64,000 bases of DNA from Bacilli bacterium (GTDB lineage Bacteria > Bacillota_I > Bacilli_A > RF39 > UBA660), in NCBI GenBank assembly GCA_025992315.1, contig DAJPHG010000001.1:810070-874069 (forward strand). The letters are read 5' to 3'. Position numbers and translations under genes: made by a program. This document shows positions 1 through 9,853 of the stretch, one piece after another; position 1 is the first letter of the stretch, and every line of letters starts with the position of its first letter. The notes under the pieces were generated by a model. That model was not told the origin of the DNA and did not search any database. It worked only from the letters and a program-made list of their open reading frames with translations.

Positions 1-103
1 CATAATAAATGAACTTTCAAATCAAACATCTGCTTGTGGTATAATTTTAGAAAATTTAAATCAAAACTATCTTTTTTATCAAAATATTGATATTACAAAA
101 GAA

Positions 104-640
104 ATGAGATCTAATATGAAAAATCAAGTTCCTAAAACAATTTGGTTTACAGGATTATCTTGTAGTGGTAAATCTACATTGGCTAACGCTTTAGAAAGAT
201 ATTTAACTTCTTTAGGTAAACATACTATGTTGTTAGATGGAGATAATATAAGATTAGGAATTAATAAAGATTTATCATTTAGTATAGAAGATCGTAATGA
301 AAACTTAAGGAGAGTAGCAAATATCGCTAAATTATTTAATGATGCAGGAATTATTTGTATAACTAGTTTTATTACGCCTTTAAAAAGTCAAAGAAAAATG
401 ATAAAAGATATAATTGGCGATGATTATATAGAAGTATATGTAAATACAGATATTAAAACATGTGCTAAAAGAGATAAAAAAGGTCTTTATCAAAAAGCCT
501 TTAATAAAGAAATAAGTGATTTTACAGGAGTAGATAGTCCTTATGAAATACCTAGTAATCCTGATATTATTATCAATAACAATGATGATTTAGATGATGC
601 AATAAAAGAATTGATTAAAAATATAGAAATAAGTGAGTAA
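104..640 (+). CDS. cysC: Adenylyl-sulfate (APS) kinase; makes PAPS. The reading frame stays open upstream to the window edge, so it may be the C-terminal domain of a longer sat/cysN-cysC fusion.
   Basis: P-loop GLSCSGKST; LLDGDNIRLGINKDLSFS...DRNENLRR matches the APS-kinase signature; size about 175 aa. Confidence 0.85.
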   Translation: MRSNMKNQVPKTIWFTGLSCSGKSTLANALERYLTSLGKHTMLLDGDNIRLGINKDLSFSIEDRNENLRRVANIAKLFNDAGIICITSFITPLKSQRKMIKDIIGDDYIEVYVNTDIKTCAKRDKKGLYQKAFNKEISDFTGVDSPYEIPSNPDIIINNNDDLDDAIKELIKNIEISE

Positions 641-1541
641 AATGAATAAAAGTTTTAAAGTAGATTTTTTATGTGTTGGATTTAATAAATGTGGTACTAC
701 TACATTAGAAACTTTAATGAAATCAAATTCTGATATAACTTTACCCAAAAATAAAAAGGAAACTCTATTTTTTGATTGGTATAAAAATATCGAAAATCCT
801 TTAAAAGTGTTACAAGAAAAGTATTATCCAGATTATCTAAATAACAAATGTATAGGTAGTATAGAGCCGTCTTATATATCTAAAGCAAAAGAAGTTTATG
901 AGTATTTTGGTAAAGATGTTAAATTAATATTTATGTTAAGAAATCCTATTAAAGCAACTAATTCAATGTTTAGAATGCGTTTAAGAAGAGTACCAAATAA
1001 ATATTATGTTAATCTTTACAAGAAATATAATAATTTGGATGATATGTTTAATGATTTTATAGAAAATCAGATAAAAACAAAAAAATGTAAAGATTTTTTC
1101 TATGATGATACAATAAATGAATATTTAAAATATTTTAAAAAAGAACAAATGAAATTTATTGTCATGGAAGATTTTTTTAAAAATCCTAATAAATATATGA
1201 AAGAAATATCTAAATTTTTAAATATCAAAAATATAAAATATACAGATAAAGATATACATGTTTCTAATAAGGGGGATAAAATATCTAAAAATTATCTTTG
1301 CGCATATATCAATAATAAAACTATGAATTATCAAAGAAGACAAAGATGTAAAAAAGGAAATAATGAAAATAATTATGCTAGGAATATAATTAATAAAATA
1401 TATAAATATACTTTAAAGTCTTGCGATTATAAAATGAATGATACTCATGAAAAAATATTAAATGAAGTATATAAAAAAAGTATAACTAATACTTCAAAAC
1501 TAATTGGAATAGATTTATCTAACTCCTGGAATTTAAAGTAA
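633..1541 (+). CDS. PAPS-dependent sulfotransferase (carbohydrate sulfotransferase-like)
   Basis: 5'-PSB motif KCGTT (cf. PKxGTT), 3'-PB motif LRNPIKATNSMF (cf. RNPxxRxxS); translationally coupled to the APS kinase (ATGA overlap). Confidence 0.6.
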   Translation: MSKMNKSFKVDFLCVGFNKCGTTTLETLMKSNSDITLPKNKKETLFFDWYKNIENPLKVLQEKYYPDYLNNKCIGSIEPSYISKAKEVYEYFGKDVKLIFMLRNPIKATNSMFRMRLRRVPNKYYVNLYKKYNNLDDMFNDFIENQIKTKKCKDFFYDDTINEYLKYFKKEQMKFIVMEDFFKNPNKYMKEISKFLNIKNIKYTDKDIHVSNKGDKISKNYLCAYINNKTMNYQRRQRCKKGNNENNYARNIINKIYKYTLKSCDYKMNDTHEKILNEVYKKSITNTSKLIGIDLSNSWNLK

Positions 1542-1555
1542 AAGGAGAAGTTATA

Positions 1556-2575
1556 ATGAAAAATATATTATTATATACTATGACTTTAAATTATGGTGGT
1601 GCTGAAAAAAATATTTGTGCTTTAGCAAATTACTTAAGTGAGTTTTATAATGTTATTTTAGTTAGTAATATAAAATCAAAAAAAGCTTTTAAATTAAAGT
1701 CTAATATTAAAGTTTATCAGTTTGATAATTTTGATTCTGGGTATAAAAAATTAAAAGCAAAGATATCTAAAAAAAGAACTAAACAATTAAAAAGTATTAT
1801 ACTTAATGAGCAAGTTAATACTGTAATTGCTTTTTTGCCAGAGCCAAGTATTAGAGCTTTACAATTAAAAAAAGAACTAAACATTAAAGTAATTGTTAGC
1901 GTGCGAAATAATCCTAAATATGAATTCAAATATTGTAAGTTTATGAGAAATTATTATTATAAAATGGCTGATAAAATAGTCGTACAGGATGAAACATATA
2001 AAAAGTTTTTACCATGCAATGAAAAATGTATAGTTGTGCCTAATTTTTTAGAAAAAATAAATATTAGCCCTAATTTAAAAAAGGAAAATTATATTATTAA
2101 TGTTGGAAGACTTGAAAAGAATAAGAATCAAAAACTATTAATTAAAGCTTATTCTTTAATATCAACTGACTTGAAACTTTATATATATGGTGAAGGGTCA
2201 TTAAAAAATAAATTATTAAAATTAATAAAAAAATTAAATTTAGAAGGTAAAGTAATTATTAAACCATATGATAGTAATATATATGAAAAAATAGCTAAAG
2301 CTAAATTATTTGTTTTGTCTTCGTTGTATGAAGGAATGCCTAATGTAGTTTTAGAATCATTAGCTCTAAAGACTAAAGTAGTGTCAACTAATAATAGTCC
2401 AATGATAGCAAATTTATTGCCAAAAGAATTCGTTAGTCAATTTAATCCATATAATTTAGCTAAATGTATTGAAACTGCTTTAAAAAGTGACAAAATAATT
2501 CAATTTAATTATAATAATGATGATTCAAAAATTATGTGGAAGAAGATAGTAGAAGATGATAACGATGATGAATAA
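1556..2575 (+). CDS. Glycosyltransferase family 4 (GT-B fold)
   Basis: C-terminal EGMPNVVLESLALKTKVV matches the GT4 EX7E/E-G-x-P motif; RBS AAGGAGAAG. Confidence 0.7.
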   Translation: MKNILLYTMTLNYGGAEKNICALANYLSEFYNVILVSNIKSKKAFKLKSNIKVYQFDNFDSGYKKLKAKISKKRTKQLKSIILNEQVNTVIAFLPEPSIRALQLKKELNIKVIVSVRNNPKYEFKYCKFMRNYYYKMADKIVVQDETYKKFLPCNEKCIVVPNFLEKINISPNLKKENYIINVGRLEKNKNQKLLIKAYSLISTDLKLYIYGEGSLKNKLLKLIKKLNLEGKVIIKPYDSNIYEKIAKAKLFVLSSLYEGMPNVVLESLALKTKVVSTNNSPMIANLLPKEFVSQFNPYNLAKCIETALKSDKIIQFNYNNDDSKIMWKKIVEDDNDDE

Positions 2576-3872
2576 GAAATATATTATAGCTTTAGAAGAA
2601 TTTAATAAAAAATATCAAGATTTATATAATCATAAAGCTTTAAGAAAATATCGCAGAAATCAAAGAATAAAAGAAATGATTATACATGGCGAAATAAAAA
2701 ATTTATTTTTAAAAGCTTTTAAAAAATGCAAAAATAATAAAACAGAATTTTTAAAGCCTATTAAATATAATAATAAAATGGGTAAAAATGTAGTTTATAC
2801 GTGTATTTTAAATAATTATGACAGTTTATATGATCCATTAATTGAAAGTGAAAATACTGATTATATAGTATTTAGTGATAATCCTAATATTGCAATTAAT
2901 TCTAAATATTGGACTTTCAAACCAATTCCTAAAGCTATCTTAGAAAAATATAATAATAATCCTACACTGGTTAATAGATATTTAAAAATGCACCCTTATG
3001 AAGTATTTAAGGATTATGATTATTCTTTATATATAGATGGAACTATTGAGGTGGTTTCTGATATAAATGATTGTTTTAATTATATAAATAAAAAAACTGG
3101 TTTAGCTATGCATGATCATCGTAGTAGAAATGATGTTTATCAAGAAGCACAAGCATGTATAAAACAAAAAATTGGTAATAAAGAAAAAATAATTGAACTA
3201 ATGAATAAATATCAATTAGATGGATTTAAAGAAAATTACGGATTATTAGAAGCTACAGTTATAGCAAGTGATTTAAATAATCCTAAGTCAGTAGAATTGC
3301 TTGATTTATGGTATAAAGATTTTATAGAAAGTAAGTGTTTTAGAGATCAATTGGTATTACCATATATCTTGTATAAAAATAATTTAAAAATTAATGATGT
3401 TGGTATAATGGCACCTAATTTGAGTGTGAATTATAAATTTATTAGGCATATTCATATAAAAAGATATAATAACTGGTTTAGCAAAATAAAAGTTAGAATT
3501 ATTAATTTTGGCTTTAAATATAAGTGTGAAATATGTCATTCTCATTTAAATAAATATCTTAATAATGAGATATGTCCAGTTTGTAAAACTACTAAAGAAG
3601 AAAGAGAAGTATATAAATATTTAGAAAATAAAACTTTAAAAAATATATTAATTGTAAATGCAGATTTTAAAGTAACAACTTATAAGTTAAAGAAAAAAGG
3701 TGTTAGTGTAATTTGTATTAGTGATGATAAAATATCTAATTCTCAAAAATATGATTGTTTAATTTACAAAATAGAAAATAACAATCTAAAAAAATTGAAT
3801 AAATTATTTGATGAAAAAAACTATAATATTATTAAATTAGATGATAAAATATTTGTTATAGAGAAAAAATAA
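2556..3872 (+). CDS. Putative glycosyltransferase (DUF616/TOD1-like) with a C-terminal Cys4 zinc ribbon
   Basis: VYTCILNNYDSLYDP motif typical of DUF616; CEICH...CPVCK near the C-terminus. Confidence 0.3.
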   Translation: MITMMNKKYIIALEEFNKKYQDLYNHKALRKYRRNQRIKEMIIHGEIKNLFLKAFKKCKNNKTEFLKPIKYNNKMGKNVVYTCILNNYDSLYDPLIESENTDYIVFSDNPNIAINSKYWTFKPIPKAILEKYNNNPTLVNRYLKMHPYEVFKDYDYSLYIDGTIEVVSDINDCFNYINKKTGLAMHDHRSRNDVYQEAQACIKQKIGNKEKIIELMNKYQLDGFKENYGLLEATVIASDLNNPKSVELLDLWYKDFIESKCFRDQLVLPYILYKNNLKINDVGIMAPNLSVNYKFIRHIHIKRYNNWFSKIKVRIINFGFKYKCEICHSHLNKYLNNEICPVCKTTKEEREVYKYLENKTLKNILIVNADFKVTTYKLKKKGVSVICISDDKISNSQKYDCLIYKIENNNLKKLNKLFDEKNYNIIKLDDKIFVIEKK

Positions 3873-3884
3873 AGAGGTGTTTAG

Positions 3885-4568
3885 ATGGATCTTACAATAT
3901 TATTGCCTTGTTTAAATGAAGAAGAAACCTTAGATGAAACCATAAAAGAAATTAAAAGAGAATTAAAAAAAATTGATATAAAATCTGAAATTTTAGTTGT
4001 TGATAATGGAAGTTGTGATAATTCTATTAAAATTGCTAAAGAAAATGAGGTTAGAATTGTAAGAGAAAATTTAAAAGGCTATGGAAGTGCTTTATTAACT
4101 GGAATAAAAAATTCTCAAGGAAAATATATAATTTTTGGCGATTGTGATCGAAGTTATCATTTTGAAAATATAGAAGAATATTTAAGCAGTTTAGAACAAG
4201 GGTATGACATAGTTATTGGATCTCGTTATAAAGGAGTAATGGAAAAGGATTCCATGCCATTTTCACATAAATATTTAGGTACTCCAATTATTACTTTCTT
4301 AGGAAGAAAATTATATAAAGTATCTGTTAGTGATTTTAATTCAGGATTAAGAGGGGTAAATAAAGAAAAAATATTAAGTATAAATTTAAATTGTATGGGA
4401 ATGGAATTTGCTAGTGAAATGTTAATAAAAGGTGCAAAATGCAATTTGAAAATTAAAGAAATTCCAATAAATTTTTATAAAGATAAAAGAGGTAGAAAAC
4501 CTCATTTAAGAGCATTTAGAGATGGAATGAGACATCTAAAAATATTATTAAAGGAATTAAGAAAATGA
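3885..4568 (+). CDS. GT2 polyprenyl-phosphate glycosyltransferase (GtrB/CsbB/DPM1-like)
   Basis: LLPCLNEEETL...VVDNGSCDNS...GDCDRS GT2 motifs; about 227 aa, typical of this family. Confidence 0.65.
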   Translation: MDLTILLPCLNEEETLDETIKEIKRELKKIDIKSEILVVDNGSCDNSIKIAKENEVRIVRENLKGYGSALLTGIKNSQGKYIIFGDCDRSYHFENIEEYLSSLEQGYDIVIGSRYKGVMEKDSMPFSHKYLGTPIITFLGRKLYKVSVSDFNSGLRGVNKEKILSINLNCMGMEFASEMLIKGAKCNLKIKEIPINFYKDKRGRKPHLRAFRDGMRHLKILLKELRK

Positions 4569-6217
4569 AACTAACATCTAGAGAAAAGAAAATATTTTTT
4601 ATCAGCATCTTATTTTTATTATTTGGTATTAAATTATTTATTGTTAGTATTCAACCGATTTATATACTTAATTATATACACGATGATTCTCTTTTTGTAT
4701 TAAGAGCATTTAATATTTTAAATGGAAATTATTTAGGTAATTATAATGATATTATTTTATCAAAAGGAATTATAGGCAGTCTTTTTATAGCATTAGCAAA
4801 TATTACTAAATTAGGATATTTAAAGGCTAATCATTTAATATATTTTATAGCTTGTTTATCAATTATTCATATGTTAAGTAATGTAATAAAAAGCAAGAAA
4901 TGGTTATTAATTATTTATATTATAATTTTATTTAATCCTATTTCTTATAGTGATGTTGTATCTTTTGTTTATAGAGATGGTATTTACATTTCATTTATTA
5001 TGCTTTTCTTTTCATTGAGTTTTGAAATGTTTTTTAACTATAAATCTTTAAAAAAAATTATATTTTATAGTATAACCTTTGGAATAACTTTTACTTGTAT
5101 ATATTTATGTAGAGAAGAAACAACGTGGTTATATCCATATTTAATTTTACAATATTTAATAATAACTTTATTTATTATAAAAGATAAATCTTGCTTAAAG
5201 AAATTTAAAAAAATAATATCAATGGTTGTGTTGCCAGTTGTAATTTTAGGATTAAGCTGTACTTGGATAGCCACTTTAAATTATAAATATTATCAGAGAT
5301 TTGTTATAAATGATTTTACTAGTAAAGATTTTAAAGATGCATATGGAGCTTTGACTAGAATAAAGCAAGACGATTATATTAATAGAGTGCCTTTAAATAA
5401 AAAAAACAGATTAAAACTATATGAGCTAAGTCCTACATTTAATGAATTAAAATCGTATTTAGAAAATGATGGATTAAAATATACAAATGAACATCAAAAT
5501 GAATATAATGAAGGATTTTTATATTGGGCAGTTAGAGAAGGTGCATATAAATTAGGATATTATCAGAATGCTCAGAAAGCTAAAGATTTTTATAAACGTT
5601 TAGCTAATGAAATAAATGATCTTTGTGATAATAATAAACTTTCTTGCTATCCAAAAAGAAGTTCATTAACTGCACCATTTATTAAAGAAGAATATAGTGA
5701 GTTTGCTAAATATGTCCCAAAAACATTTATTACGCAACTGAATTATAGTAATGTCTATGTTAAAATACCTAATAAAAATAAAACTAATAGATTATTTAAT
5801 GAAATTACTTTAAATAAAGACAATTATACTAATAAAGATTTAAAATCAGTACGCTTAAAAGTTATGAATCTTATTTTAAGGATATATCAGAATATAAATA
5901 TATATTTAATGATAATTTCAATAGTTTTATATACAATATTAATTGTAAAGTTTTTTAAAACTAATTTTAAAAATTATAAAGAAATAATTGTTTTAAGTGC
6001 TTTGTTCTGCTTATATATCGTAAGAATATTAGCCGTTGCGTTTGTAGCTGCTACTGAGTATAAATCTGCTATAAATAAATGCCAATATTTATCTTGCTGT
6101 TATGTTATTCAGTCTTTATTTACTATTTTAGCGATAATTTTCTTTTTAAAGGAGTATAAAAATGCAATATTTAACTTATCAAAAAGAATCAATAGATCTA
6201 ACAAAATTAAGCATTGA
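4565..6217 (+). CDS. Polytopic membrane protein, GT-C-fold glycosyltransferase-like (partner of the upstream GT2)
   Basis: About 10 predicted TM helices, HDDSLF acidic motif in the first extracytoplasmic loop, large soluble loop of about 200 aa; start overlaps the GT2 stop. Confidence 0.35.
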   Translation: MKLTSREKKIFFISILFLLFGIKLFIVSIQPIYILNYIHDDSLFVLRAFNILNGNYLGNYNDIILSKGIIGSLFIALANITKLGYLKANHLIYFIACLSIIHMLSNVIKSKKWLLIIYIIILFNPISYSDVVSFVYRDGIYISFIMLFFSLSFEMFFNYKSLKKIIFYSITFGITFTCIYLCREETTWLYPYLILQYLIITLFIIKDKSCLKKFKKIISMVVLPVVILGLSCTWIATLNYKYYQRFVINDFTSKDFKDAYGALTRIKQDDYINRVPLNKKNRLKLYELSPTFNELKSYLENDGLKYTNEHQNEYNEGFLYWAVREGAYKLGYYQNAQKAKDFYKRLANEINDLCDNNKLSCYPKRSSLTAPFIKEEYSEFAKYVPKTFITQLNYSNVYVKIPNKNKTNRLFNEITLNKDNYTNKDLKSVRLKVMNLILRIYQNINIYLMIISIVLYTILIVKFFKTNFKNYKEIIVLSALFCLYIVRILAVAFVAATEYKSAINKCQYLSCCYVIQSLFTILAIIFFLKEYKNAIFNLSKRINRSNKIKH

Positions 6218-7031
6218 TGAATTAAATTATCTTAATTTTAAAGAAGAAAGTCATTTTGCTTTAGAAATTAAAAAATTAGAACCATTTTCTAAAAAAAGAT
6301 TTCATTATATGAAAGAAGCATATAAAAAAATATTTATAATATCTAATGAAAAAAAATCTAGGTTAAACAAAAAAACATATGGTGCCACTAATGCATCAAT
6401 TAACTTACTAAAAAAATTAGTTAAACAGCAGAATATTAATGTATTTTATGAAGCAGGCGTAGCTAATTTATTTGCTATAAAACAATTAGATTTTTTAGAT
6501 AAAAATAAAATTTATGGATGTGATATTTTTTTGGAAAATAATTTAAAGAAAGGATATAAAAATATTCATGAAAATGATTTATATCATGATTTGCTGAAGC
6601 TCCCAGATAATTTTATAGATTTTTTCTATGCTGATAATGTTATGGAACATATAGTAGAAGATGAATATCAAGAAACATTAAAATTAATAGTAAAGAAAAT
6701 GAAAAAAGGTGGTCTTTTATATTTTATTATTCCAAATTTATATAATGGTCCAGATGATGCTTCAAAATATGTTTTAAAAAGGGGAGAGAAAGCTTGCTGT
6801 TTTCATTTTATGCAAAGAAGTTATAAAGATAATATAAATGATTTTTATAGTTATGGTTTAAGAGTAAAATATGATGCTATTTATATTAAATCTAATGAAA
6901 TTAAAGTTTTTAAATCTAATAAATTAACTGAACAAATAAAAATATTTTTTGAAAAAATGATTGCTAAAGAAACTAAGTATCATTTATTAAAAAGATTAGG
7001 ATATGATATTTATATTTTAGAAAAGAAGTGA
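6162..7031 (+). CDS. SAM-dependent methyltransferase-like protein
   Basis: NVMEHIVEDE...KGGLLYFIIPN resembles Methyltransf_11/23; RBS AAGGAG before the ATG. Confidence 0.4.
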   Translation: MQYLTYQKESIDLTKLSIDELNYLNFKEESHFALEIKKLEPFSKKRFHYMKEAYKKIFIISNEKKSRLNKKTYGATNASINLLKKLVKQQNINVFYEAGVANLFAIKQLDFLDKNKIYGCDIFLENNLKKGYKNIHENDLYHDLLKLPDNFIDFFYADNVMEHIVEDEYQETLKLIVKKMKKGGLLYFIIPNLYNGPDDASKYVLKRGEKACCFHFMQRSYKDNINDFYSYGLRVKYDAIYIKSNEIKVFKSNKLTEQIKIFFEKMIAKETKYHLLKRLGYDIYILEKK

Positions 7032-7119
7032 TAATATAAAAGTTTTAAAAATTGCTAAAAGATTATTTTATTTAGGTAATAGATATCAGTGTAACTTATG
7101 TGGTTTTAGAGTTAGAAAA

Positions 7120-7776
7120 ATGTTGTCAACTGGTCATAAACATCAAATTTTTTTAGATAATACAATTATCGGTGCAGGGTATAGAAATAATGCTGTATGT
7201 CCAATTTGTTACTCAAAAGATAAAGACAGATTAGTTTATTATTATTTAAAGAAATATACGAATATATTTAAAGATAAAGAAAATGTTTTGCATATTGCAC
7301 CAGAAGGGCAACTTAGAAGAAGGATAAAAAATAATAGAAAAATAAATTATATTGACGGTGATATTAACTTGGATTATGTATCTAATTATATAGATATTAC
7401 AAATATCCAATACGATGATAACTATTTTGATTATATTATAATTAATCATGTATTAGAGCATGTACTTGATGAAAATAAAGCAATTATGGAATTAATTAGG
7501 GTATTAAATAGGAATGGTAAACTAATTATTACTGTTCCAATATGTCTTAATCATGAACATACTTTTGAAGATAATAGCATTGTAGAGCCAAAATTGCGAA
7601 TGAAGTATTTTTGCCAAGAGGATCATGTTAGATTATATGGAAAAGATTTTAAACAAAGAATAGAAAAGTATAATGTTTTGGTACAAGAGTTTAAACTAAA
7701 TGATCAAGAAAAGAAATTACTAAAGAGAAACTGTGTGTTAGAAGATGGAATAATATTTATAATAACAAAAAAATAA
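7120..7776 (+). CDS. SAM-dependent methyltransferase with an N-terminal zinc ribbon. The true start is probably upstream (from about 7033), with no canonical start codon visible.
   Basis: NHVLEHVLDENKAIMELIRVLNRNGKLIITVP methyltransferase motifs; the in-frame upstream sequence encodes YQCNLCGF, which pairs with CPICYS to form a Cys4 ribbon. Confidence 0.45.
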   Translation: MLSTGHKHQIFLDNTIIGAGYRNNAVCPICYSKDKDRLVYYYLKKYTNIFKDKENVLHIAPEGQLRRRIKNNRKINYIDGDINLDYVSNYIDITNIQYDDNYFDYIIINHVLEHVLDENKAIMELIRVLNRNGKLIITVPICLNHEHTFEDNSIVEPKLRMKYFCQEDHVRLYGKDFKQRIEKYNVLVQEFKLNDQEKKLLKRNCVLEDGIIFIITKK

Positions 7777-7787
7777 GACATAAAGTC

Positions 7788-8663
7788 TTATTCATAAAAT
7801 CTTTTGATCCAATTATGATAGTCGTAATAATCGACTATTTTTTTAGGTATTTTTTTATAAGGAGTATTCAAAAATTTTGGTAGATCCTTGTAATCATCTT
7901 TACCTATAATAAATACATTTTCTTTTCGATAAAAATCATAATTTGCAATATCTTCATTAGTAGTTATTAATTTCTTTTCAAAAAATATTGATTCCATTGG
8001 TCTTAAAGACAAACCAATTTGATGATTAGCATTAACATCTAATACTGCTTTAGATTTAGCTACTTCTTCTAGATATTTATCATAAGGTACAAAATCTTTT
8101 TCATTTTTACAAATATAGATATTTGTTTTTAAGTTATTAGCAATAAAATTATCGTTAATTTCTTTTAATATTTTTTCTCTACCTTTATCTCTACCACAAA
8201 AACATACATCTTGAATTACTTCTTTTTTTGGTAATTTACAATCCCAAGAATAGAATTGAGTATTATATTTCAAATTATATTTTTTTACTTCATTTTTATC
8301 AAAAGACCAAAATTCATCAACGTTAGGATCTTTTAATATTTTTTTATAACCTTCATTTAAGACATTCCAATAATATACAATAACACGACAGTGTTTATTT
8401 TTTTGCTTTATATATTTAGAAATATGAAAGCTATAATTATTTTCACCTAGTATTACTAAATCATATTTATCAATATCTTTTTTCCAATCTCCCCATAATT
8501 TTTTACTGTCAATTTTACATTTTCTTAAAATTTTAAACATTTTACTTTTAGGATGAAAAATATAGTATTTCTTAATATTTCTATTTTTTATATGCTTTAA
8601 GAAATAATCATTATTTTTATCCTTTAAAAATATGTAATTGTATTTTTCCATTACTTCCTCCAA
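7788..8663 (-). CDS. Hypothetical polysaccharide-biosynthesis protein of unknown family; the only minus-strand gene in the locus
   Basis: 291 aa soluble Lys/Tyr/Trp-rich protein embedded between glycosyltransferases; no motif recognised. Confidence 0.3.
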   Translation of the reverse strand: MEEVMEKYNYIFLKDKNNDYFLKHIKNRNIKKYYIFHPKSKMFKILRKCKIDSKKLWGDWKKDIDKYDLVILGENNYSFHISKYIKQKNKHCRVIVYYWNVLNEGYKKILKDPNVDEFWSFDKNEVKKYNLKYNTQFYSWDCKLPKKEVIQDVCFCGRDKGREKILKEINDNFIANNLKTNIYICKNEKDFVPYDKYLEEVAKSKAVLDVNANHQIGLSLRPMESIFFEKKLITTNEDIANYDFYRKENVFIIGKDDYKDLPKFLNTPYKKIPKKIVDYYDYHNWIKRFYE

Positions 8664-8731
8664 AAACTATGTATCTGTTTCTAGCATAACATGAAATAAT
8701 GGCATTTACTAGTTAGTTTTGATATAATGTT

Positions 8732-9853
8732 ATGGTAAATAAGGAACGTGATAATGTGAAAATATTATATACTGCTAATACAGATATGCATATAAATTTA
8801 TGTCATATTCCATATATTAAAGAGCTTTCAAAGAAACATATTGTTCATGTCGCAACAAATAGTTTCTTAAATATTAATTATGCCTCCGAGAAAATATCTT
8901 TACCTATTAAAAGAACTCCGTTTCACTTTTCCAATATTAAAGCAATTTTTAAGTTAAGAAAAATTATAAAACAAGAAAAGTATGATTTAATTATTACAAA
9001 TACTCCAATGGGAAGTGTAGTTACTAGATTAGCAGCTAAGGGGTGTAAAATAAAAATTATTTATATAGCTCATGGTTTTCATTTTTATAAAAATTGTCCA
9101 AAAATTAATTATTTATTATATTATCCTGTTGAAAAATATTTATCTAAATCTACTGATTTAATAATAACGATTAATCAAGAAGATTATTTATTTGCTAAAC
9201 AACATTTTAAAACTAATATAAAATTTATACCAGGTATTGGTTTTAATCAAAATAATTTTAATAATAAATTAACTTCAAAAGAAATATTGATATTAAAGAA
9301 TAAATTAGGAATTACTAAAAATGATTTTGTAATATCATATATAGCAGAAATTTCTAAAAGAAAAAGACAACTTTATCTATTAGAATGTTTAAGTAAGTTA
9401 AATAATTCTAATATTAAATTAGTTTTAGTTGGTAATAATATATTAGGTAATAAAATAGATAAAACAATAAAAAAATATAATTTAGAAGATAATGTTATCT
9501 TATTAGGATTTAGAAATGATATTAGTGATATTTTAGATATAACTGATTTAGTAATATCTACAAGTAAACAAGAAGGATTACCTTTAAATATTATGGAGGC
9601 AATGTATAAAAATAAAAATATTTTAGTAACTGACTGCCGCGGTAATAGAGATTTAATAAATAATGATAATGGAAAAATAGTAAATTTAAATGATCAAAAT
9701 GAGCTTATTGAAGACATAAATTATTTTATTAAAAATAAAGAAATTAAATATGATAATAAAAAAACAGCTTTAAACTACAGTATTGATAATATAAAAATGA
9801 AATATATAAATATTTTTAATGATTATTTAGGAGTCAAAAATGAAGAAAAATAA
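8732..9853 (+). CDS. Glycosyltransferase family 4
   Basis: ISTSKQEGLPLNIMEAM, the GT4 E-G-x-P...EAM motif. Confidence 0.7.
   Translation: MVNKERDNVKILYTANTDMHINLCHIPYIKELSKKHIVHVATNSFLNINYASEKISLPIKRTPFHFSNIKAIFKLRKIIKQEKYDLIITNTPMGSVVTRLAAKGCKIKIIYIAHGFHFYKNCPKINYLLYYPVEKYLSKSTDLIITINQEDYLFAKQHFKTNIKFIPGIGFNQNNFNNKLTSKEILILKNKLGITKNDFVISYIAEISKRKRQLYLLECLSKLNNSNIKLVLVGNNILGNKIDKTIKKYNLEDNVILLGFRNDISDILDITDLVISTSKQEGLPLNIMEAMYKNKNILVTDCRGNRDLINNDNGKIVNLNDQNELIEDINYFIKNKEIKYDNKKTALNYSIDNIKMKYINIFNDYLGVKNEEK

Noticed and set aside
1-103. In-frame open reading upstream of cysC to the window edge (possible sat/cysN fusion)
   Set aside because: It cannot be resolved from 100 nt of sequence. Noted within the cysC feature and finding rather than called as a separate feature.
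1717-1929. Minus-strand ORFs of 60-120 aa inside well-supported plus-strand genes (1717-1929, 4226-4444, 5065-5274, 7246-7449, 17674-17883, 17953-18321, 18992-19207, 27415-27621, 28304-28645, 29002-29238, 30425-30754, 34259-34468, 40156-40344, 46615-46827, 53185-53415, 58435-58626, 58925-59131, 61521-61730, plus 45584-45814)
   Set aside because: They are antisense to genes with clear motifs, low-complexity and Ile/Leu/Phe/Asn-rich as expected for random open frames in roughly 25% GC DNA, and they have no RBS.
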